Below the pieces are notes generated by a model, which ran no database searches, was not told where the DNA came from, and was given only the letters and a program-made list of their open reading frames with translations. 64,000 nucleotides of DNA from Candidatus Kaiserbacteria bacterium (lineage in GTDB: Bacteria; Patescibacteriota; Minisyncoccia; Phycocordibacterales; UBA918). The stretch lies in contig JAHQWD010000003.1 of assembly GCA_019634005.1 (NCBI GenBank), positions 176,539 through 240,538 of the forward strand, in the 5' to 3' direction. This document shows positions 37,984 through 46,872 of the stretch, in pieces; within the stretch, counting starts at the first letter, position 1; each line of letters begins with the position of its first letter. A program made the position numbers and the translations under genes.

Positions 37984-38007
37984 CACCACCCTTTTTTCAC
38001 GATACAA
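37979..38007 (+). promoter_or_regulatory. grpE-dnaK promoter TTGACA-N17-TACAAT, overlapping the HNH gene stop codon
   Basis: Consensus hexamers read directly from the sequence. The same TTGACACCA...TACAATG arrangement recurs upstream of dnaJ. Confidence 0.5.
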
Positions 38008-38037
38008 TGCCAGCACTAAATACTTTTGGAAGTAGCT

Positions 38038-38592
38038 ATGTCAGATGAAAAACATACAGAAGAGGAGGTTTTTGAAGATGCTCCGTCTGAAGATATGGAG
38101 ATAGAGGATATAGAGGAGGCAGAGGGAGATAAGCTTAAAACGCTTCGCGATAAGCTTCGAACATGCGAGGAAGAGAAACGCGGACACCTTGAAGAACTCC
38201 AGCGCACCAAGGCAGACTTTTTAAATAGCAAGCGTCGCCTTGAGGAGCAGTTAGAGAGAGACAAGGAGCGTATCACTGAGAAGCATATCGAAACACTTCT
38301 TCCACTCGCTGACAGCTTCGATATGGCCATGGCAGACCCCTCGTGGGAGAGTTGTGACGAGAAGTGGCGGAAAGGAATAGAAGGGGTATTTGCACAGTTA
38401 CAAGGAATACTAAAAGGACACGGAGTAGAGAAGGTGGGAGCGTCTGGAGAGACATTTGATCCAGAAAAGCATGAGGCAGTCTCCAACGCTCCTGGAGAAG
38501 AGGGAAAGGTGGTAGATGTTTTACAAGCAGGATATACGGCAGGAGGTCGTATCATCCGTCCCGCAAAAGTTATCGTCGGGGTTAAGAGTTAA
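38038..38592 (+). CDS. grpE: nucleotide exchange factor GrpE
   Basis: The coiled-coil N-terminus and the C-terminal GYTAGGRIIRPAKV motif. The ATG is at 38038; the ORF-track TTG is at 38026. Confidence 0.85.
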   Translation: MSDEKHTEEEVFEDAPSEDMEIEDIEEAEGDKLKTLRDKLRTCEEEKRGHLEELQRTKADFLNSKRRLEEQLERDKERITEKHIETLLPLADSFDMAMADPSWESCDEKWRKGIEGVFAQLQGILKGHGVEKVGASGETFDPEKHEAVSNAPGEEGKVVDVLQAGYTAGGRIIRPAKVIVGVKS

Positions 38593-38602
38593 GTAACGAA
38601 AT

Positions 38603-40492
38603 ATGTCAAAAATACTTGGAATTGATCTTGGAACTACAAACTCAGCATTTGCTGTGATTGAAGGAGGAGAGCCAACTATCATCGAGAACGCAGAAGGAAA
38701 TCGTACGACTCCATCTGTTGTTGCTATTTCAAAGACGAAAGAGCGTCTCGTTGGACAGATTGCAAAGCGCCAGGCGGTAACAAACCCAGAGAATACCATT
38801 TACGGTATTAAGCGCTTCATGGGACACAACTTTGATGAAGAGGCTGTCCAGAAGGACAAGGAGGTTGTCCCATACGAGATTAAAAAGGGAGAAGATGGAG
38901 GTGTTATCGTACACATGGGAGAGCAGGACTATCGCCCAGAGGAGGTGTCTGCAATGATTCTCTCTAAGATTAAGGCGGATGCTGAGGCAAAGATTGGTGA
39001 GAAGATCACTGAGGCAGTTATCACCGTGCCTGCGTACTTTAATGACGCACAGCGTAAGGCGACACAGGATGCAGGGAAGATTGCAGGACTTGAGGTGAAG
39101 CGAATCATCAACGAGCCTACTGCAGCTGCACTTGCGTACGGATTTAATAAAAAGAAGGATGAGCAGATCGTCGTATTCGACTTCGGAGGAGGAACCTTTG
39201 ACGTCACCGTACTTGAGGTAGGGGATGACGTTATTGAAGTAAAGGCAACTGACGGAGACGCACACATGGGAGGACGCGATATCGACCAGCAGATTGTGCG
39301 CTTCCTCATCGAAGAGTTTAAGAAGTCTGAGGGAATTGATCTTGCACAGGATAAACTTGCGCTTCAGCGTCTTGATGAGGCTGCAGAGAAGGCAAAACTA
39401 GAGCTCTCTTCATCAGGCGAGACAGAGATTAACATCCCATTCATCACTTCAGGAGCAGAAGGGCCAAAGCACATGCTCCTTACCATGACCCGTGCAAAGC
39501 TTGAGGAGCTTGCGCAAGAATATATTGACCGCTCTATCGAGATCACCAAGCGTGCGCTTGAGGCATCTCCATTCTCTAAAGAGGATATTGATGAGATTAT
39601 CCTTGTGGGAGGACAGACACGTATGCCAATGGTGCAGAAAGCGGTACAAGATCTCTTTGGTAAAGAACCAAACCGAACTATTAACCCTGATGAGGTGGTA
39701 GCACTTGGTGCCGCGCTTCAGGCAGGTATCTTCCAAGGAGATGTGCAGGACATTACGCTTGTAGATGTGATTCCACTTTCACTCGGTATTGAGACCATGG
39801 GATCTGTTGCGACCAAACTTATCGAGAAGAACACCCATATCCCAACCAAGAAGGAGCAGGTGTTTTCTACCGCAGCAGATAACCAGACATCGGTAGAGGT
39901 ACATATCGTACAAGGAGAGCGCCCAATGGCGGCAGACAACAAGTCTCTCGGACGGTTCGTACTTGAGGGTATTCCACCAGCACCACGTGGTGTACCGCAA
40001 ATTGAGGTATCACTTGATGTGGACTCTAACGGTATCCTAAACGTAACTGCAAAGGATAAGAGTACTGGGAAGGAGCAGTCTATCCGTATTGAGGCAAACT
40101 CTGGTCTTACCGAAGAAGATATTGAGAAGATGAAGAAGGATGCAGAAGAGCATGCAGGAGAGGATGCGAAGAAGAAGGAGATTATTGAAGTACGCAACCT
40201 TGCAGACCAGATGATCTACACTGCAGAGAAGTCTCTCAAGGACTTTGGAGATAAAGTGGACGCGGCAGTGAAGACTGGTATTGAGGAGAAGGTAACTGCA
40301 CTGAAGGAAGTAAAGGATAAAGAAGACATGGAGGCTATCAAATCTGCAACTGAAGCACTCTCTACAGAGATGCAGAAGATAGGGGAGGCGATGCAGAAAG
40401 AACAGGCTGAGGCACAGCCAGAGGCGCCACAAGAAGATGGTGTGCGGGACGCAGAAGTTGAAGAAGAAAAGAAAGACGAGGATAAAGAGTAG
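38603..40492 (+). CDS. dnaK: molecular chaperone DnaK (Hsp70)
   Basis: [10 protein letters not shown] and DLGGGTFD motifs. Confidence 0.97.
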   Translation: MSKILGIDLGTTNSAFAVIEGGEPTIIENAEGNRTTPSVVAISKTKERLVGQIAKRQAVTNPENTIYGIKRFMGHNFDEEAVQKDKEVVPYEIKKGEDGGVIVHMGEQDYRPEEVSAMILSKIKADAEAKIGEKITEAVITVPAYFNDAQRKATQDAGKIAGLEVKRIINEPTAAALAYGFNKKKDEQIVVFDFGGGTFDVTVLEVGDDVIEVKATDGDAHMGGRDIDQQIVRFLIEEFKKSEGIDLAQDKLALQRLDEAAEKAKLELSSSGETEINIPFITSGAEGPKHMLLTMTRAKLEELAQEYIDRSIEITKRALEASPFSKEDIDEIILVGGQTRMPMVQKAVQDLFGKEPNRTINPDEVVALGAALQAGIFQGDVQDITLVDVIPLSLGIETMGSVATKLIEKNTHIPTKKEQVFSTAADNQTSVEVHIVQGERPMAADNKSLGRFVLEGIPPAPRGVPQIEVSLDVDSNGILNVTAKDKSTGKEQSIRIEANSGLTEEDIEKMKKDAEEHAGEDAKKKEIIEVRNLADQMIYTAEKSLKDFGDKVDAAVKTGIEEKVTALKEVKDKEDMEAIKSATEALSTEMQKIGEAMQKEQAEAQPEAPQEDGVRDAEVEEEKKDEDKE

Positions 40493-40495
40493 TGA

Positions 40496-40519
40496 AAAAG
40501 CCCCGATGTGGGGCTTTTT
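40496..40519 (+). terminator. intrinsic terminator (aaaagccccg-atgt-ggggctttttt)
   Basis: A hairpin plus T-run after dnaK. Confidence 0.7.
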
Positions 40520-40591
40520 TGTATTGGTTGACACAGTATTTTTTTGATGGTAATGTGCTTGAGACAGGGCAAACTGAACGAGGAGGTAAAA

Positions 40592-41083
40592 ATGTTTGAG
40601 CGCTCTAATAAACCTGTTCTTCTGCAACTTCTTGGACTTCAAGTCTTCAATATCCTGCTTTTGACGGGGGTCTATTTCATGTTTGTGGTGCCGACCATTG
40701 ACAGAATCAACGCTGGCAACTGTGAAGTCGACATCCAGAAATCTGCAGTCATCACATCGAAGGTTGAGAAGACCATCTTCCGCGGCTTCAGCATGGAATT
40801 TGCTGACGCAGACAGTGCCAGTGCCGGATGGTCTAGCCGGGTCAAACTTCCGAGCGGGATGAAAACTCTCGAGGGCTATGACTTTAGCGGCGATGTCTCA
40901 ATCGACGTTATCCGCATCTGTGACCATCAAACCGAGATCTGCACCGCGTACGTCAGCGCATATACCGCTGACGGCCGGACGTGGAAGGGAAAACTTCTCG
41001 ACGATGTCTGGTCAATCGAAATGGTTGAAGGAGCCGCCCGGCTGATGGAAGAAGGTCTCCGGGTCGGCCGACACGGTGCCTAG
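40592..41083 (+). CDS. hypothetical exported or membrane-anchored protein, GC-rich relative to its neighbours
   Basis: AGGAGGT SD followed by ATG, and an N-terminal TM/signal sequence. About 55% GC by eye against about 46% in the flanks. It is inserted between dnaK and dnaJ. Confidence 0.45.
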   Translation: MFERSNKPVLLQLLGLQVFNILLLTGVYFMFVVPTIDRINAGNCEVDIQKSAVITSKVEKTIFRGFSMEFADADSASAGWSSRVKLPSGMKTLEGYDFSGDVSIDVIRICDHQTEICTAYVSAYTADGRTWKGKLLDDVWSIEMVEGAARLMEEGLRVGRHGA

Positions 41084-41136
41084 ACCGCGTAAATCGCCAT
41101 CCACAAGGAGCGCCCCATTGGGACGCTCCTTTCCTT

Positions 41137-41165
41137 TTGACACCAACAAAATTCCGCTATACAAT
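41137..41165 (+). promoter_or_regulatory. dnaJ promoter TTGACA-N17-TACAAT (same TTGACACCA / TACAATG motif as the grpE promoter)
   Basis: Read from the sequence. It is preceded by the hairpin ggagcg-ccccattggga-cgctcc followed by a T-rich run. Confidence 0.5.
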
Positions 41166-41174
41166 GCTCGGCAC

Positions 41175-42230
41175 ATGAAAGACTACTACACAATCTTGGA
41201 GGTAGATAAGAAGGCGTCTAAGGACGAAATCAAGAAGGCGTTTCGTAAACTTGCGGCAAAGTACCATCCAGATAAAAAGACAGGGGACGAAGCAAAGTTT
41301 AAGGAGGTTAGTGAGGCGTATGCCGTACTCTCAGATGACAAGAAGCGTGCAGAATATGATGCGTATGGACGTTCATATGCAGGAGGTGGTGCTGGACAGG
41401 GAGGATTTAACTGGGGCGGATTCCAGGGACAAGGAGTAGAGTTTGATATCAATGACATCTTTGGAGATATCTTCGGTGGTGGAGGATTTGGAGGACAACG
41501 TCAGGCACGTGGAAATGATATTTCAATAGATATACAGCTTTCATTTAAGGAAGCAGTATTTGGTGTAAAGCGTTCTGTAACCCTAACCAAAGACAATGTC
41601 TGTGACGAGTGTACTGGATCTGGAGCAAAAGAGGGAACAGAGATGGTTACCTGCGAGACCTGTAACGGAAACGGAAAGATTAGGGAAACGCGGCAATCCA
41701 TCATGGGACCTGTGGCAACTATCCGTACGTGTTCAGAATGTCATGGAAAAGGCAAAGCCCCGAAGGAAAAGTGCTCAAAGTGTGCGGGACGTGGAGTCAT
41801 TCGCGGGGCAGAGCAGATAGATATTGCCATTCCTGCAGGTATCCAGAATGGAGAGATGATTCGTATGACTGGACGAGGGGAGGCACTCCAGGGTGGTACA
41901 CCAGGAGATTTATACATCAAGGTGCATGTAGAACAACATCCATCAATTGTGCGTGAAGGCATGAACCTTATCGCTCCTCTGAATATTAAGCTCACCGATG
42001 CACTCCTTGGCGCAACGTATACGGTAGAGACATTGGACGGTGATGTTTCTATCAAGATCCCTGCAAGTATTAAGCATGGAGAGAAACTACGTATTAAAGG
42101 GAAGGGAGTTCCAGACGAGCGGGGAAGTAACCGAGGAGATTTCTTGGTAAGAATTTCTATCGACATACCGAAAAAGTTATCCAGAGGTGCGAAGAAATTG
42201 GTTGAACAATTACGTGAAGAGGGCATATAA
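41175..42230 (+). CDS. dnaJ: chaperone DnaJ
   Basis: J-domain with the HPD motif, a G/F-rich region, and four CxxCxGxG zinc-finger repeats. Confidence 0.95.
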   Translation: MKDYYTILEVDKKASKDEIKKAFRKLAAKYHPDKKTGDEAKFKEVSEAYAVLSDDKKRAEYDAYGRSYAGGGAGQGGFNWGGFQGQGVEFDINDIFGDIFGGGGFGGQRQARGNDISIDIQLSFKEAVFGVKRSVTLTKDNVCDECTGSGAKEGTEMVTCETCNGNGKIRETRQSIMGPVATIRTCSECHGKGKAPKEKCSKCAGRGVIRGAEQIDIAIPAGIQNGEMIRMTGRGEALQGGTPGDLYIKVHVEQHPSIVREGMNLIAPLNIKLTDALLGATYTVETLDGDVSIKIPASIKHGEKLRIKGKGVPDERGSNRGDFLVRISIDIPKKLSRGAKKLVEQLREEGI

Positions 42231-42237
42231 TGTCTAA

Positions 42238-42708
42238 ATGGATACCGCAACAATAATTGCAACTGCACAACAGTTGTTGTTCTGGATTGTTATCTTTGGT
42301 GTGTGCTTTGGCTATGGAGTTGTACGAGGCTCTCGTGCGCTCGTAGGGCTCATCATGTCCCTCTATATAGCCTTTCTTGTTTTTACACTCTTTCCATACC
42401 AAAGTTACATAGAAAGCGCACAGTCTGCCATTACACTCTTTGTTGTACTGCTCGTTATCTCTATCTATATACTCGGGAAGGTAATTGAACGTGATGAAGA
42501 TGAGTCTGCGTTTGAAAACTTTGGCAAGAAGGTGATCTTTGGACTCTTAGCCTCTGCACTTATCGTTGCGTATAGTTACCACGTAGTGCCCGTAACCGAG
42601 TTTATTACCCCTGGCTCTTTCATACATACACTCTTTGAACCTGCAGAGAATTTCTTCTGGTGGATGGTAGCGCCGTTGGTGGGATTGGCATTCTTTGGAA
42701 GGGAGTAG
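42238..42708 (+). CDS. CvpA-like small membrane protein
   Basis: A 4-TM small protein. The family assignment is tentative. Confidence 0.4.
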   Translation: MDTATIIATAQQLLFWIVIFGVCFGYGVVRGSRALVGLIMSLYIAFLVFTLFPYQSYIESAQSAITLFVVLLVISIYILGKVIERDEDESAFENFGKKVIFGLLASALIVAYSYHVVPVTEFITPGSFIHTLFEPAENFFWWMVAPLVGLAFFGRE

Positions 42709-42732
42709 AAAGTTTGATACTATTAGACCACT

Positions 42733-43671
42733 ATGAAAAAGAGACTGCTTACGGGACTGCAGCCATCAGGCGCACTTCACCTTGGAAATTATTTTGGCGC
42801 ACTGAAGCCATTTGTTGATATGTATGAGGATTATGAGAGCCATCTTATGGTCGTAGACTATCACTCACTCACTACCGTACGAGATGGAGACCTGCTTCGG
42901 CAAAATATCATCGACATCGTGAAGGACTATCTTGCGGCAGGAGTAGACCCAGAGAAGGTTGTACTCTTCAAGCAGTCTGATGTACCACAACATACAGAAC
43001 TTGCATGGATATTTGAATGTCTTGTCACCGTACCATTCCTCCAACAAGCACACGCGTACAAAGATAAAGTAGCAAAAGGACTTGAAGCAAATGCTGGACT
43101 CTTTAACTACCCGATGCTTATGGCAGCAGATATTCTTCTCTATGATACAGAGATAGTGCCTGTGGGAGAGGATCAAAGACAGCACATAGAGTATGCACGT
43201 GAAGCCACAGGGAAGTTCAATAATGCATTCGGAGAGACATTTGTGCCGCCACAGGAGAAAATCTATGAAGCAGTTGGTGTTGTCCCTGGTGTCGATGGAC
43301 AGAAGATGAGCAAAAGTTATAAAAATACCATTCCACTCTTTGGAAGTGAGGAAGAGATACAGAAGGCAGTGATGAGCATTGTGACAGACTCTTCAGGTGG
43401 ACGTCCAGAGCATGTCTATGCTATTCATAAACTCTTCCGAAGTGAAGAAGAACTTGATCAGCTCTACGCAGAGAAAGAGGGGAAGTACAAAGACCTTAAA
43501 GAAGCCCTCATTGCAGACATCGAAGCTGTTATCGCACCAATGCGAGAGAAGCGCGCATCTATCACAGATGATGATGTGCGTGCTGTACTAGAGACTGGGG
43601 CACAGAAGGCTCGAGAACGTGCAGAAGCAAAGATGGAGGATGTACGGAAAAAGATTGGGGTAAGCCTTTAG
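42733..43671 (+). CDS. trpS: tryptophan--tRNA ligase
   Basis: TGLQPSGALHLGNYFGA (HIGH-like) and KMSKS. Confidence 0.95.
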   Translation: MKKRLLTGLQPSGALHLGNYFGALKPFVDMYEDYESHLMVVDYHSLTTVRDGDLLRQNIIDIVKDYLAAGVDPEKVVLFKQSDVPQHTELAWIFECLVTVPFLQQAHAYKDKVAKGLEANAGLFNYPMLMAADILLYDTEIVPVGEDQRQHIEYAREATGKFNNAFGETFVPPQEKIYEAVGVVPGVDGQKMSKSYKNTIPLFGSEEEIQKAVMSIVTDSSGGRPEHVYAIHKLFRSEEELDQLYAEKEGKYKDLKEALIADIEAVIAPMREKRASITDDDVRAVLETGAQKARERAEAKMEDVRKKIGVSL

Positions 43672-43692
43672 ATTTGTGGATATTCTATTTGT

Positions 43693-43724
43693 ATAACTAT
43701 ACTGAGTCAGTATAGTTATTTTTG
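43693..43724 (+). terminator. near-perfect 27-nt palindrome ATAACTATACTGAGTCAGTATAGTTAT + TTTTT (trpS terminator; could also be an operator)
   Basis: Read from the sequence. The arms are 13 nt. Confidence 0.6.
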
Positions 43725-43757
43725 TTGCGCTCTTTACTGGTCTTTTACATCATTAAT

Positions 43758-44144
43758 ATGAAAAAGGATTTCGATGGCTGGAATCAAGACAAAAAACAAA
43801 TCCAAGAAAGGGAGGATATCCTGTTTTATAAACAAAGAGAAGTGAGATGGTGTCGTCTTGGCGTAAACGTTGGTTTTGAGCAGGATGGAACGGGCACCGC
43901 TTACGCACGCCCAGTTCTCATATTAAAAGGTTTTAGCAAGCATGCTTGTCTGGTTGTTCCTTTGACCACATCAACAAAAGAAAATCCCTACCATGTATCT
44001 GCAGGAAAGATTGAAAGGAAAGAAGCCTTTGCAATAATCTCTCAAATAAAATGTATTGATACAAGAAGACTCGACCAGAGACTTGGGTGGGTAGAGAAAC
44101 CAAATTTTAAGAAAATACAAAAAGCAATTAAAGACATGCTCTAA
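43758..44144 (+). CDS. PemK/MazF-family toxin-like protein (orphan; no adjacent antitoxin found)
   Basis: The sequence ARPVLILKGFS...CLVVPLTTSTK is characteristic of the MazF/PemK SH3-like barrel. GC is about 39%. Confidence 0.55.
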   Translation: MKKDFDGWNQDKKQIQEREDILFYKQREVRWCRLGVNVGFEQDGTGTAYARPVLILKGFSKHACLVVPLTTSTKENPYHVSAGKIERKEAFAIISQIKCIDTRRLDQRLGWVEKPNFKKIQKAIKDML

Positions 44145-44232
44145 TTGCTTTTGTTCTCCCTCAAAGGAGGGCAAGCCCGAAGGCATTTGTACACATATAG
44201 TACCAAGTTGGTTACTGCTGTCAAGAATGTTG

Positions 44233-44261
44233 TTGACCTTCCACCCAATACACGATATTCT
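44233..44261 (+). promoter_or_regulatory. candidate promoter TTGACC-N17-TATTCT for the aspS leader
   Basis: Read from the sequence. Confidence 0.35.
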
Positions 44262-44356
44262 CTACACACAAGCCAATGACGTAGCAGACACTGCCGAGGT
44301 GGGGGAAGAACAGACGCACGTCTTACTAGAACCCTCAAGGAGAATGAAGTAACAAG

Positions 44357-44424
44357 TAGGGTGGCACCGCGACGTATATCGCCCCTACAAATACACTTTT
44401 CGGAGTGTATTTGTAGGGGCGGTT
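44357..44424 (+). promoter_or_regulatory. T-box-like riboswitch expression platform (T-box motif tAGGGTGGCACCGCG plus terminator/antiterminator alternative)
   Basis: The T-box consensus AGGGUGGNACCGCG is present. The terminator is CCCCTACAAATACAC-ttttcgga-GTGTATTTGTAGGGG. GUAGGG occurs both 5' and 3' of CCCUAC, so the two pairings are mutually exclusive. The UGGC bulge would pair with a G73-CCA tRNA. Confidence 0.45.
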
Positions 44425-44449
44425 TGCGTTATTATTTAAACAAAGACAT

Positions 44450-45796
44450 ATGGAACGAACATTAATTGAATCACTTAGGGAACATAAAGGGAGAGAGATA
44501 TCTATCGGCGCAGTCGTGGATGTTATGCGTGACCAAGGGAAGATGGCGTTCTTTGATTTCCGTGACCGTACAGGAAAGGTGCAAGGTGTTGTCTTTGGAA
44601 AGCCAGAGGTGCTCGAGGTTGCAAAAACACTTTCTCCAGAGTCTGTTGTCTCGGTAATGGGAATAGTGAACGAGCGGCCAGAGAAAATGGTAAACGCAGA
44701 TGTACAGAATGGTGATATTGAGATTGAGATCACTGGTATAGAGATCCTTTCAAAGGCAGACACACTTCCATTTGATTCTGACGCTGAATTGAAACTTGAT
44801 ACGCTCTTAGATTACCGTCCACTTACGCTTCGACGAGAACGAGAACGTGCCATCTTTAAAGTACAACACACGATTCTTAAAGCATACCGAGATTTTCTTA
44901 CCTCAGAAGGGTTTACAGAGTTCCAGGCACCGAAATTGGTAGGGGGAGATGCTGAAGGTGGAGCAGAAGTATTCAAGGTGGACTATTTCTATGATAAGGA
45001 TGCATTCCTCGCAACCTCACCACAGCTCTATAAACAAATTATGGTTGGCGTCTTTGAACGTGTTTTTTCTGTCGGTGCGACCTTCCGGGCAGAGAAGAGC
45101 GCGACTACCCGTCATCTCAGTGAAATCTCCATGCTCGACTTAGAGATGGGATTCATTAAAGACCATACGGATGTCATTGGTATGGTGACCAAGCTCATGC
45201 GATATATCAGTGAGACTGTTGCAAAGGAGTGTGCGGAGGAATTGAAAATTGCAGAAGTAGATGCACCACTTGCACCAGAAGAGTTCCCAGTATTTACACT
45301 CCGCGAAGCACAGGAACTTATTAAAAAAGAGACGGGGGAGGATAAAACAAACGAACCAGACCTTGAGCCTGAGGATGAACGTTTCCTCTGCGAGTATGCA
45401 AAAGAGAATCTCAATTCAGACTTTGTCTTTGTGACACACTTCCCAACATCAAAGCGTCCGTTCTATACGCATGTAGACCCTGAGAATCCAGAGTACACCC
45501 GTAGCTTTGACCTCCTCTTCCGTGGACTGGAAATGTGTTCTGGAGGACAGCGTGTCCATGACTACAACACGCTCATAGAGCGTATTAAAGAGAAGGGGCT
45601 CGACCCAGAGAAGTTTGATTTCTATCTCCAAGCATTCAAGTACGGTATTCCACCACATGGAGGAATCGGTATGGGACTTGAACGTCTCACCGCAAAGATG
45701 CTCAATGTTGCAAACGTAAAAGAAGCAACCCTCTTCCCGCGTGATATGCATCGTATCGATACACGGCTCTCAAAAGAGGATGATACAATGGACTAG
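44450..45796 (+). CDS. aspS: aspartate--tRNA ligase, archaeal/compact type (possibly non-discriminating AspRS; AsnRS not excluded)
   Basis: Class II motifs are present, including SPQLYKQ and the motif-3 sequence GGIGMGLERL. Confidence 0.85.
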   Translation: MERTLIESLREHKGREISIGAVVDVMRDQGKMAFFDFRDRTGKVQGVVFGKPEVLEVAKTLSPESVVSVMGIVNERPEKMVNADVQNGDIEIEITGIEILSKADTLPFDSDAELKLDTLLDYRPLTLRRERERAIFKVQHTILKAYRDFLTSEGFTEFQAPKLVGGDAEGGAEVFKVDYFYDKDAFLATSPQLYKQIMVGVFERVFSVGATFRAEKSATTRHLSEISMLDLEMGFIKDHTDVIGMVTKLMRYISETVAKECAEELKIAEVDAPLAPEEFPVFTLREAQELIKKETGEDKTNEPDLEPEDERFLCEYAKENLNSDFVFVTHFPTSKRPFYTHVDPENPEYTRSFDLLFRGLEMCSGGQRVHDYNTLIERIKEKGLDPEKFDFYLQAFKYGIPPHGGIGMGLERLTAKMLNVANVKEATLFPRDMHRIDTRLSKEDDTMD

Positions 45797-46548
45797 TGAC
45801 TGAGGAGACATTCCAACAAACAATCCCTTCTTTCTCTGTGAAAACAGAGGTTTTTGAGGGTCCACTTGAGCTTCTCATTGAACTTATCGAGAAGCGGAAG
45901 CTTTTGATCAATGACATATCTCTTGCCTCTGTAACTGATGAATACATGGCACAAGTTGCGCTCTTGGAACAGCAGAATATCCAAGAGATCTCCCAATTCA
46001 TTGCACTTGCCTCAACGCTGCTTTTGATTAAGTCTCGGTCACTACTTCCTGTCCTTGAACTAACCAAGGAAGAGGAGGAGAGTATTGATAACCTTGAGGA
46101 GCGTCTGAAGCGATACCAAGTGTATCGAAAAGCAGGTATGGCTGTCGCTGAAGCGTTTGGTCTTAACATCATGCACGAGCGCTCGTATAGTAAAAGTACG
46201 GAACCCCTTTTCATTACAGACTCTTATACAGAAAAAACTTCCCTTGCAGAAGCAATCTGGAGCGTCATTCAGGAACTCCCGAAGAAGGTAGAGCCGCCTA
46301 AGGTACGGGTACGTAAAGTTATCTCGCTTGATGAGATGATGGACAACCTTAAAGAACGTGTAGAGAGACAGATGCGTCTTTCGTTCAAAGAGTTTACCAA
46401 GAGTAATGAGAAGCCCGATGTGATTGTTGGATTTCTTGCCGTATTAGAGATGGTAAAACAAGGAAGTGTGCTGGTAGAGCAAGCAGAAAGATTTAAGGAT
46501 ATTGAGATAAAAGGGGAAAAGAAGAGTGAGGTGCCGAGGTATATATAG
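45796..46548 (+). CDS. scpA: segregation and condensation protein A
   Basis: EVFEGPLELLIELIEKRKL. The GTG start overlaps the aspS stop. Confidence 0.85.
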   Translation: MTEETFQQTIPSFSVKTEVFEGPLELLIELIEKRKLLINDISLASVTDEYMAQVALLEQQNIQEISQFIALASTLLLIKSRSLLPVLELTKEEEESIDNLEERLKRYQVYRKAGMAVAEAFGLNIMHERSYSKSTEPLFITDSYTEKTSLAEAIWSVIQELPKKVEPPKVRVRKVISLDEMMDNLKERVERQMRLSFKEFTKSNEKPDVIVGFLAVLEMVKQGSVLVEQAERFKDIEIKGEKKSEVPRYI

Positions 46549-46550
46549 AA

Positions 46551-46587
46551 AGGACCGAAGACGCATTTTGCGTCTTCGGTCCTTTTT
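46551..46587. terminator. bidirectional intrinsic terminator (ggaccgaagacgca-ttt-tgcgtcttcggtcc, A-run 5' and T-run 3')
   Basis: It lies between convergent genes, scpA (+) and a small membrane-protein gene (-). Confidence 0.65.
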
Positions 46588-46773
46588 CTAGTCTAGGTCC
46601 TCTCGCTTTAGACCGTAGATAAGAGCCCACCCAACAGAGAAGGTGAGTGCCATTTCCACGGCAAACACAAACCCTTCGTGTGTAACCTCCTGCTGCAACA
46701 GTGCAAGAAGCAACAGAAAGAAGGCTGTCACTCCCATGGCGACAATAATTACCTCTGAAAAGATCTTCATCAT
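46588..46773 (-). CDS. small membrane protein (61 aa)
   Basis: An AGGAGG SD lies 5 nt upstream of the ATG. There are two hydrophobic helices. Confidence 0.5.
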   Translation of the reverse strand: MMKIFSEVIIVAMGVTAFFLLLLALLQQEVTHEGFVFAVEMALTFSVGWALIYGLKREDLD

Positions 46774-46872
46774 TCTTCCTCCTTTGTATACTTTATACTG
46801 TCAAACATAGATTCAGTCAACTTCTGAAGAAATCCACACAAACCTAGACTAAATGCCTGCTATACTACCCCT

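Noticed and set aside
38007-38040. CIRCE-like inverted repeat (AGCACTaaatacttttggaAGTAGCT) upstream of grpE
   Set aside because: It matches only 5-6 of 9 positions per arm of TTAGCACTC-N9-GAGTGCTAA with the wrong spacing. It probably does not function as an HrcA operator.
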